Below, piece after piece: positions 1 to 8,123 of a DNA stretch of 32,000 bases (its first letter is position 1; the number at the start of each line of letters is the position of its first letter). The notes below the pieces were generated by a model that did no database searches, was not told the origin of the DNA, and worked only from the letters and a program-made list of their open reading frames with translations. Where the stretch lies: assembly GCF_000186885.1 (NCBI RefSeq), contig NC_014972.1, positions 2,940,001 through 2,972,000 on the forward strand, read 5' to 3'. The translations under genes were made by a program, and so were the position numbers. The DNA is from Desulfobulbus propionicus DSM 2032. GTDB lineage: Bacteria > Desulfobacterota > Desulfobulbia > Desulfobulbales > Desulfobulbaceae.

Positions 1-2660
1 TGAAAACCAAGCCGCGCGAGGGGCAGATGCGTGTCCAAGGTCAGTTGCTCCAAATCAAGCGGCAGGCGAAGGGGCAGACTGAGAAGAAAGGAGCCCGGCT
101 CGTTGCCGCTCAGGACGATCTCCCGGCCGATCATGGGCTGGAGCAGCGGCAGCAGCGCCGGAAAATGGGGGGTTAACCGTCCCTGCAGTTCCACACGGGC
201 CGTTGGCTGCGTCCGTATCAGCCCGGTTCCTTCGAGGCCAAACGGAGCGGCATGCAGGGAAAAGGCGGGAATCCTCACCTCTTCCTTGCCGTCCCGGGCG
301 CCGAGCGTGCGCATCTTGAGCGTCAGGCGGGGATCGGTGAACACGTTGCGGGTACCGTCAAACAAGGCAAAAGGCGCCATGGTCACGGTCAGATCGCCCT
401 CCACCACATCGTCGCTGGCCTGGCGGGTCCATGACGTCCGAGCCCTGCCCTTCACCCCCATGCCCTGTCCGATCCATCCCCCGGCCTTGGCCAGGCCCGC
501 CAGCAGGCTGGCGTCGTGATCGCCATGCACTTCCAGGGAAACGCCGGACCGTTTGTCGTGCCAATTGTCCATGGAATAACCGAAGTCAACGACATTGGCC
601 GCGCTCGTGAAACGCAGGTGGCGCAGATCGAGCTGATGGGCCGCGAAATCAAGCAGCAGAAAAGCCCGTTCCTGGTCATTCAAATCCTGCCAATTGTCGG
701 CAACCATCAACTGCCCCAAGGCAACGCCCCCTCTGGAAAGTGGGCCGCCCTCGAAACCGAGACCCACCCGTGGTTCACGGACCAACGGCCCTGCCTCGGT
801 GGCCACGAGCAGCTGAGCCACATGGCCGTCGAGGCGGTCCAGCACGATCCGTTGGCCGTTCCAGGTCCCCGATGCATCAAGCGACAGCTGCCCCTCCAGC
901 CCCAGGGGCAGCGGCCTGCCGCCAAGACCGCGCGCCACGGCACCCATCCGGCCCAGATCCGCCGTTCCCTTGACAAAACAATTGGCGGGGGGCCCCGATG
1001 CCTCCGCCAGTTCGATCGTTCGCGCCTCCGGCTGGATATTGTCGGCCTGCAGGGAAAATGTCCCGGGCCAGCCGGTTGCCTCCAACCGCAGGGCGTGCAT
1101 CCGGCCGTCACGGAACCATGTCGGCGGCCCTTCGATCTCCGCCCGCAGGGAGAGGTCGTGCTCGGGAAACAGCACGGCCTGCTCTCGCAGGAAACCAAAA
1201 CCGCCGATGTCCAGCCGACTTTCCAGCCGATACCGCCCGTCCTCCCCCAGGCGGGACGAGGCGGCGAATGCGGCCTGGCCTCGGGGCCGCACCTCCAGGG
1301 CGAAGATCTTGCCCAATTCGGCGAACATCCGGTCGAGATCGGCCTGCGCTTGCACGGTGAAAGCATCCAAGGTACCGCTGCCGCCGGCCTCGAAGAAAGG
1401 AGCCCGGGCCTGTGCGGTGCGCACCAAAATCTTCCCCTGGTTCGACTCGGCCTCAAGGTTCAAGCGCAACGGCGAATCCCAGGCGATATGCTGTCCCGCA
1501 TGTACTGCCTCCAGCCGCTCGGTCCCGCAGTCGGCCTTGACGGTCAGTTGATCGGGCCGCCCCGCAGCCTGGAGGGAAAAATCGACCCGCCCGTTCTCAA
1601 TGGTTGTCTTCTGGTGCACGGACAGCAGGTGGGGCAGCTGAGCCGCCATTGCCGCCAGGTCGAGCGAACCCGTGGCGGTCAACTGGACATCTTTCTGGTC
1701 CAGATGGCCACTTGCCTGGAATTGAAGCGGATCGGATCGAAGTTCCAAGGCGGACAGCCGCCAGCCTTCGTCGCGATGGTGGCTCCCGGTGAACGTGAAG
1801 CGCAGATCGGTCAAGAACGGCCGGTCTTGACCGAGCACGCCTCCAAAAAGCGCCATCTCCCGCAACGAGGCCTCGCCACGGAGTTCCGCGTCCCTGATCC
1901 CGGCGACGTTCAACCGGCAGGTGGCGTTCAGCAGTCCTTGGCCTCGGGGGAACTTGCCCCGTGCAGCGGCCAACTCAAGAAAATCGGCAATTTCCAGTTG
2001 GTGAATGTCGACCTCGGATTGGGAGATCAAGGATTCGGGCAGCGGCTGACCGGCGGGCGGTAGATTGACAAATCCTTGACTTTTCACCCGTCCCTCCGGG
2101 CCGGCTCGAAAATCCAGGACATAATTGATCGTCCCCACAGCCAAACTGGCGTCGAGGCGAAGGTCATGGGCGATTTTTCGTTCGCCGTGCTGGCCGGTCG
2201 CGAGCACCTGCCCGCCGTTCACCTTGAGCCGGAGGGTCAGACGGTCCCACCAGGGCATCGCCGTGGTGCCGTCCACGGCGACCGGTGGTTTCGGAGGGGC
2301 TGGCTGTTCTTTGCCTGCTGCTGAAGCCCGCAAGGCTATCGTGGGTTGGTCAAGAGTCATTTCCCCCAAATAGGCGGGGGCGAGCAGCAGGGCGAGCAGC
2401 CCTTTGTCGCTGAGCAGAAGGGGCGATCGCAGGTGAAGGCCCGAAAGAGGCTCGTCATAGCGGAGATTGTCGCATCGCAGCCCCTGCCACCATCCCAACG
2501 AACAGGATTGAACTTGGACCTTGCCGGCAAAATCTCGCGCAACCACGCCGAGAACAAACGGCGCAACCGCTGGGTGGAGCAGCAATCGAGGCAGGAAAAG
2601 CACCAACGCGGCGACCGCGAGAGAAGCGGCAAAGAGTTTCAAACGCCTGTTGCTGTTCAC
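1..2660 (-). CDS. AsmA-family (AsmA/TamB-like) envelope protein, N-terminal 886 codons; the 3' end lies beyond the left window edge
   Basis: Not in the supplied ORF track (no stop inside the window). I read every minus-strand codon from 2660 down to 3 by hand and found no stop. GTG start at 2660-2658 with GAGGGA about 5 nt upstream. The in-frame upstream stop is at 2718-2716 with no other start codon between. N-terminus VNSNRRLKLFAASLAVAALVLFLPRLLL is a single membrane anchor, followed by ...FAGKVQVQSCSLGWWQGLRCDNLRY... and a long beta-rich body, the pattern of AsmA-like proteins. The + strand ORF 516-2063 is its antisense shadow. Confidence 0.7.
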   Translation of the reverse strand, partial: MNSNRRLKLFAASLAVAALVLFLPRLLLHPAVAPFVLGVVARDFAGKVQVQSCSLGWWQGLRCDNLRYDEPLSGLHLRSPLLLSDKGLLALLLAPAYLGEMTLDQPTIALRASAAGKEQPAPPKPPVAVDGTTAMPWWDRLTLRLKVNGGQVLATGQHGERKIAHDLRLDASLAVGTINYVLDFRAGPEGRVKSQGFVNLPPAGQPLPESLISQSEVDIHQLEIADFLELAAARGKFPRGQGLLNATCRLNVAGIRDAELRGEASLREMALFGGVLGQDRPFLTDLRFTFTGSHHRDEGWRLSALELRSDPLQFQASGHLDQKDVQLTATGSLDLAAMAAQLPHLLSVHQKTTIENGRVDFSLQAAGRPDQLTVKADCGTERLEAVHAGQHIAWDSPLRLNLEAESNQGKILVRTAQARAPFFEAGGSGTLDAFTVQAQADLDRMFAELGKIFALEVRPRGQAAFAASSRLGEDGRYRLESRLDIGGFGFLREQAVLFPEHDLSLRAEIEGPPTWFRDGRMHALRLEATGWPGTFSLQADNIQPEARTIELAEASGPPANCFVKGTADLGRMGAVARGLGGRPLPLGLEGQLSLDASGTWNGQRIVLDRLDGHVAQLLVATEAGPLVREPRVGLGFEGGPLSRGGVALGQLMVADNWQDLNDQERAFLLLDFAAHQLDLRHLRFTSAANVVDFGYSMDNWHDKRSGVSLEVHGDHDASLLAGLAKAGGWIGQGMGVKGRARTSWTRQASDDVVEGDLTVTMAPFALFDGTRNVFTDPRLTLKMRTLGARDGKEEVRIPAFSLHAAPFGLEGTGLIRTQPTARVELQGRLTPHFPALLPLLQPMIGREIVLSGNEPGSFLLSLPLRLPLDLEQLTLDTHLPLARLGF

Positions 2661-2692
2661 CGTTCCCTCGGTCTTTCTTTGCTCTGCAAGCC

Positions 2693-2721
2693 TGTATAAC
2701 TGCTGAATCGCACAGGGTCAA
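2693..2721 (-). promoter_or_regulatory. candidate sigma70 promoter for the AsmA-like gene
   Basis: On the minus strand: TTGACC (2721-2716), 17 nt spacer, TATACA (2698-2693), about 30 nt upstream of the GTG at 2660. Sequence match only. Confidence 0.35.
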
Positions 2722-2876
2722 CTTGCCGCGAAAGGGTCCGCCTGTCAACCTTGGAATGGGCGAGAAAGACAAGAAATGTCCGTTGAATCCAAGATGATCG
2801 GTGCCCGCCCCCTCGGTGGCCCATATACCACATAAGCGTGGGATTAGCAGCGGGCAGCCGACGTCCAGGGCGGCGG

Positions 2877-3479
2877 TCAGGGAGAGGAGAACAGGGTGCC
2901 GCGACGGATCATGTCTTTGAGTTCCGTCATTTTTTTGCGGTAGCATTCCGGGCAGATGCCATGACTGAGCTCACTGCCGGTCGTCTTATTGAGAAATTGC
3001 TCGATGCTGATCCATTGCGTCTGACCGTTTTCGTCCTGCTCGGTGTCGCGAATCTTCTTGCATTCGCTGCAGATGGAGAGCAGCGATTCATACATCCGCA
3101 CGGTCTGCCGCAGTTTGCGATCAGCCAGGCAACGGCTGACCCGCAGGATCATTTCGTCATAGTCATAGGGCTTGGTCAGATAATCATCGGCACCCAGTCT
3201 GAGCGCGCCAACCGCCGCCTCCAGCTCCCGATGGCCGGTGAGGATGAACACCGCCTGATCCGGCCGCTTGTCCTTGGCCAACCGTAGGACTTCCAGGCCG
3301 TCGGTCCCTTCCATCATCAGATCGGTGATGATCAAATCATAGGCCTTGTCCAGGAGCCCCAGGGCCTCATCGCCGCTGGCCGCCAAATCCACCGCGTACC
3401 CCTGATCCAGCAGATCCAGGCGAAGGGTTTCCCGGATCAGCTCCTCGTCGTCGACGATCAAAATGGATGACGATTCCAT
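2877..3479 (-). CDS. response regulator: receiver domain plus C-terminal four-cysteine (CxxC...CxxC) tail
   Basis: Receiver residues D10/D11 (IVDDEE), D53 (ITDLMM), T81 (ILTGH) and K103 (LTKP). The C-terminal 65 aa read ICSECKKIRDTEQDENGQTQWISIEQFLNKTTGSELSHGICPEC (C137, C140, C176, C179). The ATG at 3479 overlaps the 3' end of the upstream kinase gene by 22 nt. Confidence 0.9.
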   Translation of the reverse strand: MESSSILIVDDEELIRETLRLDLLDQGYAVDLAASGDEALGLLDKAYDLIITDLMMEGTDGLEVLRLAKDKRPDQAVFILTGHRELEAAVGALRLGADDYLTKPYDYDEMILRVSRCLADRKLRQTVRMYESLLSICSECKKIRDTEQDENGQTQWISIEQFLNKTTGSELSHGICPECYRKKMTELKDMIRRGTLFSSP

Positions 3480-4633
3480 GACGCACTCCCTGCATTGTCC
3501 AGATTGGCGGCGGGCAGACTGACCGTCACAATCGATCCCCGGCCCGGCACGGCCTCAACCTGGATGAGTCCTTGATGCTTTCTGAGGATGTCGCGGACAA
3601 GCGACAACCCGGCCGCCCCGATCATGAACGATGAAGGGAGTTCATGCAACGGTGCAGCGGCGCTGGTGCCCTGCTCGGCCCTGTTCTCGACCTCAACCTG
3701 AATCCAATGCCCTGCTCGGCCGGTGCGGATGCGCATTTCGCCCCCTGTTGCCCCAATGCTGTCCCCCCTGGTCGTGATCAAATCGAGCAGCATCTGCTTG
3801 ATCTGGCTTTCCACCCCCGCCACGGGCAGGGGAGCCGCGCCATATTCCCGGCCACACCTGACCTTGCGGAATTTAAGATATTTGTCGAGCAGAAGCAGGA
3901 CGGAATCGAGCGCCTGGTGGAGATCGAATATCCGTCTCGCTTCAGGGCCGGGCACGGCGAACTGCTGCACCGCACGCAACAGGTGTTGCATGCGGGTGCA
4001 CTGTCCAAGCGCCAAGTCGAGGAGGCTCCGTTCCGCGGCTGCGGGATCGGTTTTCCTTGCCATCCGTTCGACCACGCCGCGCACCCCGCAGAGCGGATTG
4101 TTGAGTTCATGAACAAGCGACACGGTCAGCGCGCCGATGGTCCGCAACTTCTCCTGCATCAGCGGCTCTGGACCGCCCCGGTCGTCTACCGCATCGGCCA
4201 AATGTTCAGATTCCTTGCTCTCTCCGGCCTCATGCACGACAAGCACCAGCTCGGGCTGTCGACCGGCGCCGGCGGCAAGAGGAACCGCACTGTAGACGAC
4301 GGACAGCAAGGCGCCGTCCTTGCGCTGCCATTGGCCGGAACGCGCACACAGCGGCTGGCTGCCGGGTAATGTGGGCAGGGGGGGTGGCGAATTGGCACAG
4401 GCAAACAACAGGCCCCAGTGCCGGCCGAGCAGCTCCTCGCTCGGAAAACCGGTCAATTGGGCCAGCCCCTGATCAACGGCCCGGAAACACCCTTTATCCA
4501 GGACGCCCAGTCCAACAATCGCCGCTGACCGGGGTTCCGCCTCGCCGCAGTCTTCTGGAACCGCCGCGAGCGGCATGTGCAGTGAGAATTTGACCGCGTC
4601 GATTAACGGATCATCGTGCTGTTCCCTGGACAT
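3458..4633 (-). CDS. PAS-domain sensor histidine kinase (391 aa) with an atypical ATP-binding domain
   Basis: Track ORF 3458-4954 trimmed to ATG 4633, which has GGAGAGG just upstream. The longer N-terminus is Arg/Cys/Trp-rich and crosses the divergent promoter region. PAS-like segment LAQLTGFPSEELLGRHW. H-box SLVHELNNPL (H174). C-terminal GHKL-like region ends GAAGLSLVRDILRKHQGLIQVEAVPGRGSIVTVSLP. Confidence 0.8.
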   Translation of the reverse strand: MSREQHDDPLIDAVKFSLHMPLAAVPEDCGEAEPRSAAIVGLGVLDKGCFRAVDQGLAQLTGFPSEELLGRHWGLLFACANSPPPLPTLPGSQPLCARSGQWQRKDGALLSVVYSAVPLAAGAGRQPELVLVVHEAGESKESEHLADAVDDRGGPEPLMQEKLRTIGALTVSLVHELNNPLCGVRGVVERMARKTDPAAAERSLLDLALGQCTRMQHLLRAVQQFAVPGPEARRIFDLHQALDSVLLLLDKYLKFRKVRCGREYGAAPLPVAGVESQIKQMLLDLITTRGDSIGATGGEMRIRTGRAGHWIQVEVENRAEQGTSAAAPLHELPSSFMIGAAGLSLVRDILRKHQGLIQVEAVPGRGSIVTVSLPAANLDNAGSASWNRHPF

Positions 4634-4936
4634 CCTGCCTCTCCCAAGCAGATTCCGCCACGCTGCCGCCCTTCGAGTGGCGGCATGATGTACAATGGAT
4701 TCAGGTGATGTAATTTTTCCCTGCCGTGGCAATGCCGTCTCATATAGCAAACCAACAGGTAAACGGCACGCCAAAAAATTGAACCGCCGACACGGGTTCC
4801 CGGCTTTCCGGGTGCAAAAATAGGGCGGGCGGGAAGGATTGTGTTTATAGTCATCCCGTTTTGTCCGTGAACGGTGTCCACCGCCTTCGCGGCCAACCCA
4901 CGCCGACCACAACAAACAAAACAAGGAACAACCCTC

Positions 4937-5359
4937 ATGTGGAAAAAACCGCACACTCTTGAGGAACTCCAGGCCGCCTGCACCTCAACCCTGGTGCAGA
5001 CCCTGGGCATCGAATTCACCGCCGTGGGCGAGGATTACATCGAGGGACGGATGCCAGTCGATGAACGAACCATGCAGCCGATGGGTCTCCTCCACGGCGG
5101 TGCATCGGCTGCATTGGCGGAAACCTTGGGTGGAGCCGGGGCCTATCTGTGCGTCGAAGAAGGGACGATCTGCGTCGGACTAGAAATCAATGCCAACCAC
5201 ATCCGCCCGGCTCGGCGAGGCTGGGTGATCGGTCGGGCCACCCGGCTGCACCAGGGACGGACCACCCAGGTATGGAATATCATGATCCGTGACGAGCAGG
5301 ATCAGCTGATCTGCGTTTCCCGTCTGACCGTGGCCGTGCGCCCGTCGGTGCAGCGATGA
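4937..5359 (+). CDS. PaaI/YdiI-type hotdog-fold acyl-CoA thioesterase (140 aa)
   Basis: Track ORF 4874-5359 trimmed to ATG 4937, with AAGGAA 8 nt upstream. Motifs GLLHGGASAALAETLGG and ...EINANHIRPA...GRTTQVW... are typical of PaaI/EntH/YdiI thioesterases. Confidence 0.85.
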   Translation: MWKKPHTLEELQAACTSTLVQTLGIEFTAVGEDYIEGRMPVDERTMQPMGLLHGGASAALAETLGGAGAYLCVEEGTICVGLEINANHIRPARRGWVIGRATRLHQGRTTQVWNIMIRDEQDQLICVSRLTVAVRPSVQR

Positions 5360-5429
5360 CCACCGCCCGTGGCGCTACAGGTCGACAACGGCAACAGGCC
5401 GTCCCCTATTGCCGTTGAAAAAAACAACC

Positions 5430-5861
5430 TTATATTGAGTGCCTGAGAACTTTCGACGCATAGATGCCGGCGATGTACTGGCGCATCGGCACGTCAAGAC
5501 CGACAAACATCAATCCGGTGGTGAAGTGGTGATCGCGCCGCTGCACATGCCGAACTTGGGCGCGGGCAATGATCTTCTCCCGGCCGAGCATCATGCCCAC
5601 CTTGAGATTTTGATATTCATCCAGCCGGGTGGGAAGATCAACGGCCAGACCGTTCTCACACAAATCCCGCAGAGACCCGCTGACGGTGGCCGTTGTGGTT
5701 GCCACCTGAACCTCGAACCGCTGCGAGCCGAACAGCTGCGATAACTCCGTCAAGGTCATACGTTTGTGCGCACGCTGGCCGTTGGCACTCTGGGGCTGAT
5801 AATCCCAATCCATCTCCAACCCCTCCAGAGGAGGAATGTCACCCCATTTTTTCTTCTCCAT
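5430..5861 (-). CDS. PilZ-domain protein (putative c-di-GMP receptor)
   Basis: RAHKR fits the RxxxR motif. About 30 aa later, DLCENGLAV fits D/NxSxxG with Cys in place of Ser. ATG 5861 has GGAGG 8 nt upstream. The track start (GTG 5867) sits only 2 nt from that SD. Confidence 0.7.
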   Translation of the reverse strand: MEKKKWGDIPPLEGLEMDWDYQPQSANGQRAHKRMTLTELSQLFGSQRFEVQVATTTATVSGSLRDLCENGLAVDLPTRLDEYQNLKVGMMLGREKIIARAQVRHVQRRDHHFTTGLMFVGLDVPMRQYIAGIYASKVLRHSI

Positions 5862-5966
5862 CTTCACTTCCTCCCGTGCGGTTCCATTGGGACCTGCAGC
5901 CCATGGCGACGTTCAGCCGTTTCCTGTCCAACGTAGAAAAACCACCAAATTGAACGCATTAAAAAT

Positions 5967-5995
5967 ATTTTAATATTCAACCGGATATTACGCAA
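5967..5995 (-). promoter_or_regulatory. candidate sigma70 promoter upstream of the PilZ gene
   Basis: On the minus strand: TTGCGT (5995-5990), 17 nt spacer, TAAAAT (5972-5967), inside the only strongly AT-rich patch of this spacer. Implies a 5' UTR of about 100 nt. Confidence 0.35.
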
Positions 5996-6228
5996 GCTAG
6001 GACGCACAGAGACGTGTCTCGTGGTGGCGGGTTGCGAGGCGACCTCCCCCGGAGATCGAGCGCACTGTTGAGCCGAGTACACAACACACATCGGCACAAT
6101 CAACGGTGGGTCGCGGTGAATGCCCTATTTCATTGCGATCCGTTCGTCTGCCAGTCATCGGCGGCCCAAGCAGAAATGAAAAAATGAAAAAACAATAGGA
6201 TGAGCAACACCCAGAGCGCTTGGTGAGC

Positions 6229-6269
6229 AAAAAAAAAGAGAGGGCAAGTCAACTTGACTTACCCTCTCT
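6229..6269 (-). terminator. rho-independent terminator downstream of tRNA-fMet
   Basis: The minus strand reads AGAGAGGGTAAGTCAAGTTGACTTGCCCTCTCT (13-bp stem, one mismatch, 5-nt loop) followed by T9 (the + strand A-run at 6229-6237). Confidence 0.8.
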
Positions 6270-6279
6270 TGTATCTCCA

Positions 6280-6356
<77 letters not shown>

Positions 6357-6369
6357 TTGCAATCAGGGC

Positions 6370-6397
6370 ATAATACCCGATTTTATTTTGCCGTCAA
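6370..6397 (-). promoter_or_regulatory. candidate sigma70 promoter for tRNA-fMet
   Basis: On the minus strand: TTGACG (6397-6392), 16 nt spacer, TATTAT (6375-6370), ending 13 nt before the tRNA 5' end. Confidence 0.45.
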
Positions 6398-6402
6398 GTT
6401 GT

Positions 6403-6864
6403 TTATGCAGCGCTCTTGCTTTTTTCCAGGATCGCCTGGATCTTGTCCAGCACGGACTGGGGAAAAGGAGTCAGTTTACCTTGACGGTTGACGCAGGCAT
6501 GCACGGTGAACCCCTTCACCAGCAGGGTCGACTTGCCGTCGGCCTGCTCGCGGCTGATGGCATAGTGAAAGCGGCAGGTCAGCTTACTCACCTCAACCAG
6601 AGAAACGGCGATGGTGATGAGGTCGTCGTAGGCGGCCGGGGCCTTGAAGCGGAGATAGCTTTCGGTCACCGGCAGGATGCAGCCCAACTGCTCGATGGCG
6701 CTGTAGGGCAGGGCCCAAGCCCGCATCATCTCGGTGCGGCCGATCTCGAAGTAGCGCAGGTAATTGGCGTTGTAAACCACGCCGGCGGCATCGGTATCGC
6801 CGTAGATCACCCGATAGGTGGTGGTGAAAATCGGCTCCATCAAATTGATTGCGAGCTTGCTCAC
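6403..6864 (-). CDS. YbgC/4HBT-family acyl-CoA thioesterase
   Basis: TYRVIYGDTDAAGVVYNANYLRYFEIGRTE is the classic YbgC-type N-terminal motif with the catalytic Asp. GTG 6864 overlaps the upstream stop as GTGA. ATG 6840 is an alternative start. Confidence 0.85.
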   Translation of the reverse strand: MSKLAINLMEPIFTTTYRVIYGDTDAAGVVYNANYLRYFEIGRTEMMRAWALPYSAIEQLGCILPVTESYLRFKAPAAYDDLITIAVSLVEVSKLTCRFHYAISREQADGKSTLLVKGFTVHACVNRQGKLTPFPQSVLDKIQAILEKSKSAA

Positions 6865-8093
6865 GCCGCATCCTCCTGTTCGACAAAGCGACGGAAAAAG
6901 GCGGCACCCGAATCGAGGGTCAAGCCGTTCTCTTGTACGGCCGCCAGAACATTGGCCTCGGTGTAGGTGCGGCCCGAGGGATGCTTTACTCCCCGTGAAT
7001 CGTAAAGGAACATCGGCACCGGCCAGTCTTCGTGGGTACGGCGGTGAATAGGGGTGTAATGATCCATGGTCACCACCAGGCGGAAGGGCTCCCCGCGACG
7101 CTCCATCGCTTCAACGATCGGGGTGACAATCCTGCGGTCAAAATCGGTCACCGCCTGGACCTTCTCCCCGGCCAACCCCTGATGCCCGGTCTCATCCGGA
7201 GCCTCGACATGGACCAGGACAAAATCGTCCCGCTCCAGCACTTTGAGCGCGGCCTCTGCCTTGCCTTCGTAATTGGTGTCGAGATAGCCGGTGGCGCCGG
7301 GCACCTCGATCACCTCCAACCCCCCGAGCACGCCAAGTCCCTTGAGCAGGTCCACCGCCGAGATCAGGCCGCCGCGAATGCCGAAACGGTGCTCCAGGGT
7401 TTCCATGGCCGGCCTCCGGCCCTCGCCCCACAGCCAAATACCGTTGGCCGTTCGTTTGCCCAACCGCTGCCGCTCCCGATTGACCGGATGATCGGCAAAC
7501 ATCTCTGCCGCCCGGGCCATCAGGACACGGAAGGGTTCGACCTGCTCATAGACTTGAAAATAACCGGCCACATCCTGATCGGAATGATCGTGGGGCGGCA
7601 CGGTGGTGAAGCCGGCGGGCAACTCGCCGTGATAGACCAACAGGTGACGATAGCTGACGCCGGGATAGAGGGTCAGTTCCTTGCTGCCGCATTCGGCCTG
7701 GAGAGCGGCGATGAGCTGGCGGCTTTCCTCGGTGGTGATGTGGCCGCTGCTGTAATCGACCATGATCAGGCGACCGTCGCCCGGCCGCTCCACATGCACG
7801 AGATTGCAGCGGAAGGCGATTTCCTCGGCAGTCAGTTCCACGCCCAGGCTTGCGGCTTCCAGCGGGGCCCGGCCGGTATAATACCGTTCGGGCTCGTAGC
7901 CCATCAGGGAAAGGTTGGCGACGTCACTGCCCGGCGGATAGCCCTCGGGCACGGTCCGCACCACGAGCATCTCGGCGGATCGCGCCAGCCGATCCATGGT
8001 CGGCGTTTCGGCCACCTCCAGGGGTGTCTGGTTATGCAAGGCCGGGACCGGGACATCGCCCATGCCGTCGCCGATAAGCAGAATATATTTCAT
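6861..8093 (-). CDS. cofactor-independent phosphoglycerate mutase (ApgM)-like metalloenzyme; probable non-orthologous homoserine kinase
   Basis: MKYILLIGDGMGD..., ...VHVEAPDETGHQG... and ...TMDHYTP... are the alkaline-phosphatase-superfamily metal-site motifs of archaeal-type iPGM. The gene lies 30 nt downstream of hom on the same strand. Confidence 0.85.
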   Translation of the reverse strand: MKYILLIGDGMGDVPVPALHNQTPLEVAETPTMDRLARSAEMLVVRTVPEGYPPGSDVANLSLMGYEPERYYTGRAPLEAASLGVELTAEEIAFRCNLVHVERPGDGRLIMVDYSSGHITTEESRQLIAALQAECGSKELTLYPGVSYRHLLVYHGELPAGFTTVPPHDHSDQDVAGYFQVYEQVEPFRVLMARAAEMFADHPVNRERQRLGKRTANGIWLWGEGRRPAMETLEHRFGIRGGLISAVDLLKGLGVLGGLEVIEVPGATGYLDTNYEGKAEAALKVLERDDFVLVHVEAPDETGHQGLAGEKVQAVTDFDRRIVTPIVEAMERRGEPFRLVVTMDHYTPIHRRTHEDWPVPMFLYDSRGVKHPSGRTYTEANVLAAVQENGLTLDSGAAFFRRFVEQEDAA

Positions 8094-8123
8094 AGGATCA
8101 CACCCAATAGATTCGGGGAAAAT

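Noticed and set aside
516-2063. 515-aa + strand ORF, the longest track entry in the first 2.7 kb
   Set aside because: The translation is Gln/Gly/Pro/His/Leu-rich with no motif. It lies exactly antisense to a stop-free 886-codon minus-strand frame that has a start codon, an SD, a membrane anchor and protein-like composition. It is a shadow ORF. The same applies to 707-1456(-), 970-1551(+) and 2455-2946(-).
4634-4954. 107-aa N-terminal extension of the histidine kinase ORF, and likewise the 91-aa extension of the RSH ORF at 31637-31909
   Set aside because: The extensions are Arg/Cys/Trp/Pro-rich. They cross divergent promoter regions and overlap the starts of the oppositely oriented genes (paaI-like at 4937, partial gene at 31811). 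Internal ATGs with good SDs give family-typical N-termini.
5386-5424. 9-bp inverted repeat CAACGGCAA/TTGCCGTTG with an A7 run, between the convergent paaI-like and PilZ genes; considered as a terminator
   Set aside because: The homopolymer is on the wrong side for both strands: an A-run follows the hairpin on +, and a T-run precedes it on -. The loop is 14 nt. It may still pause polymerase, but I cannot call it a canonical intrinsic terminator.
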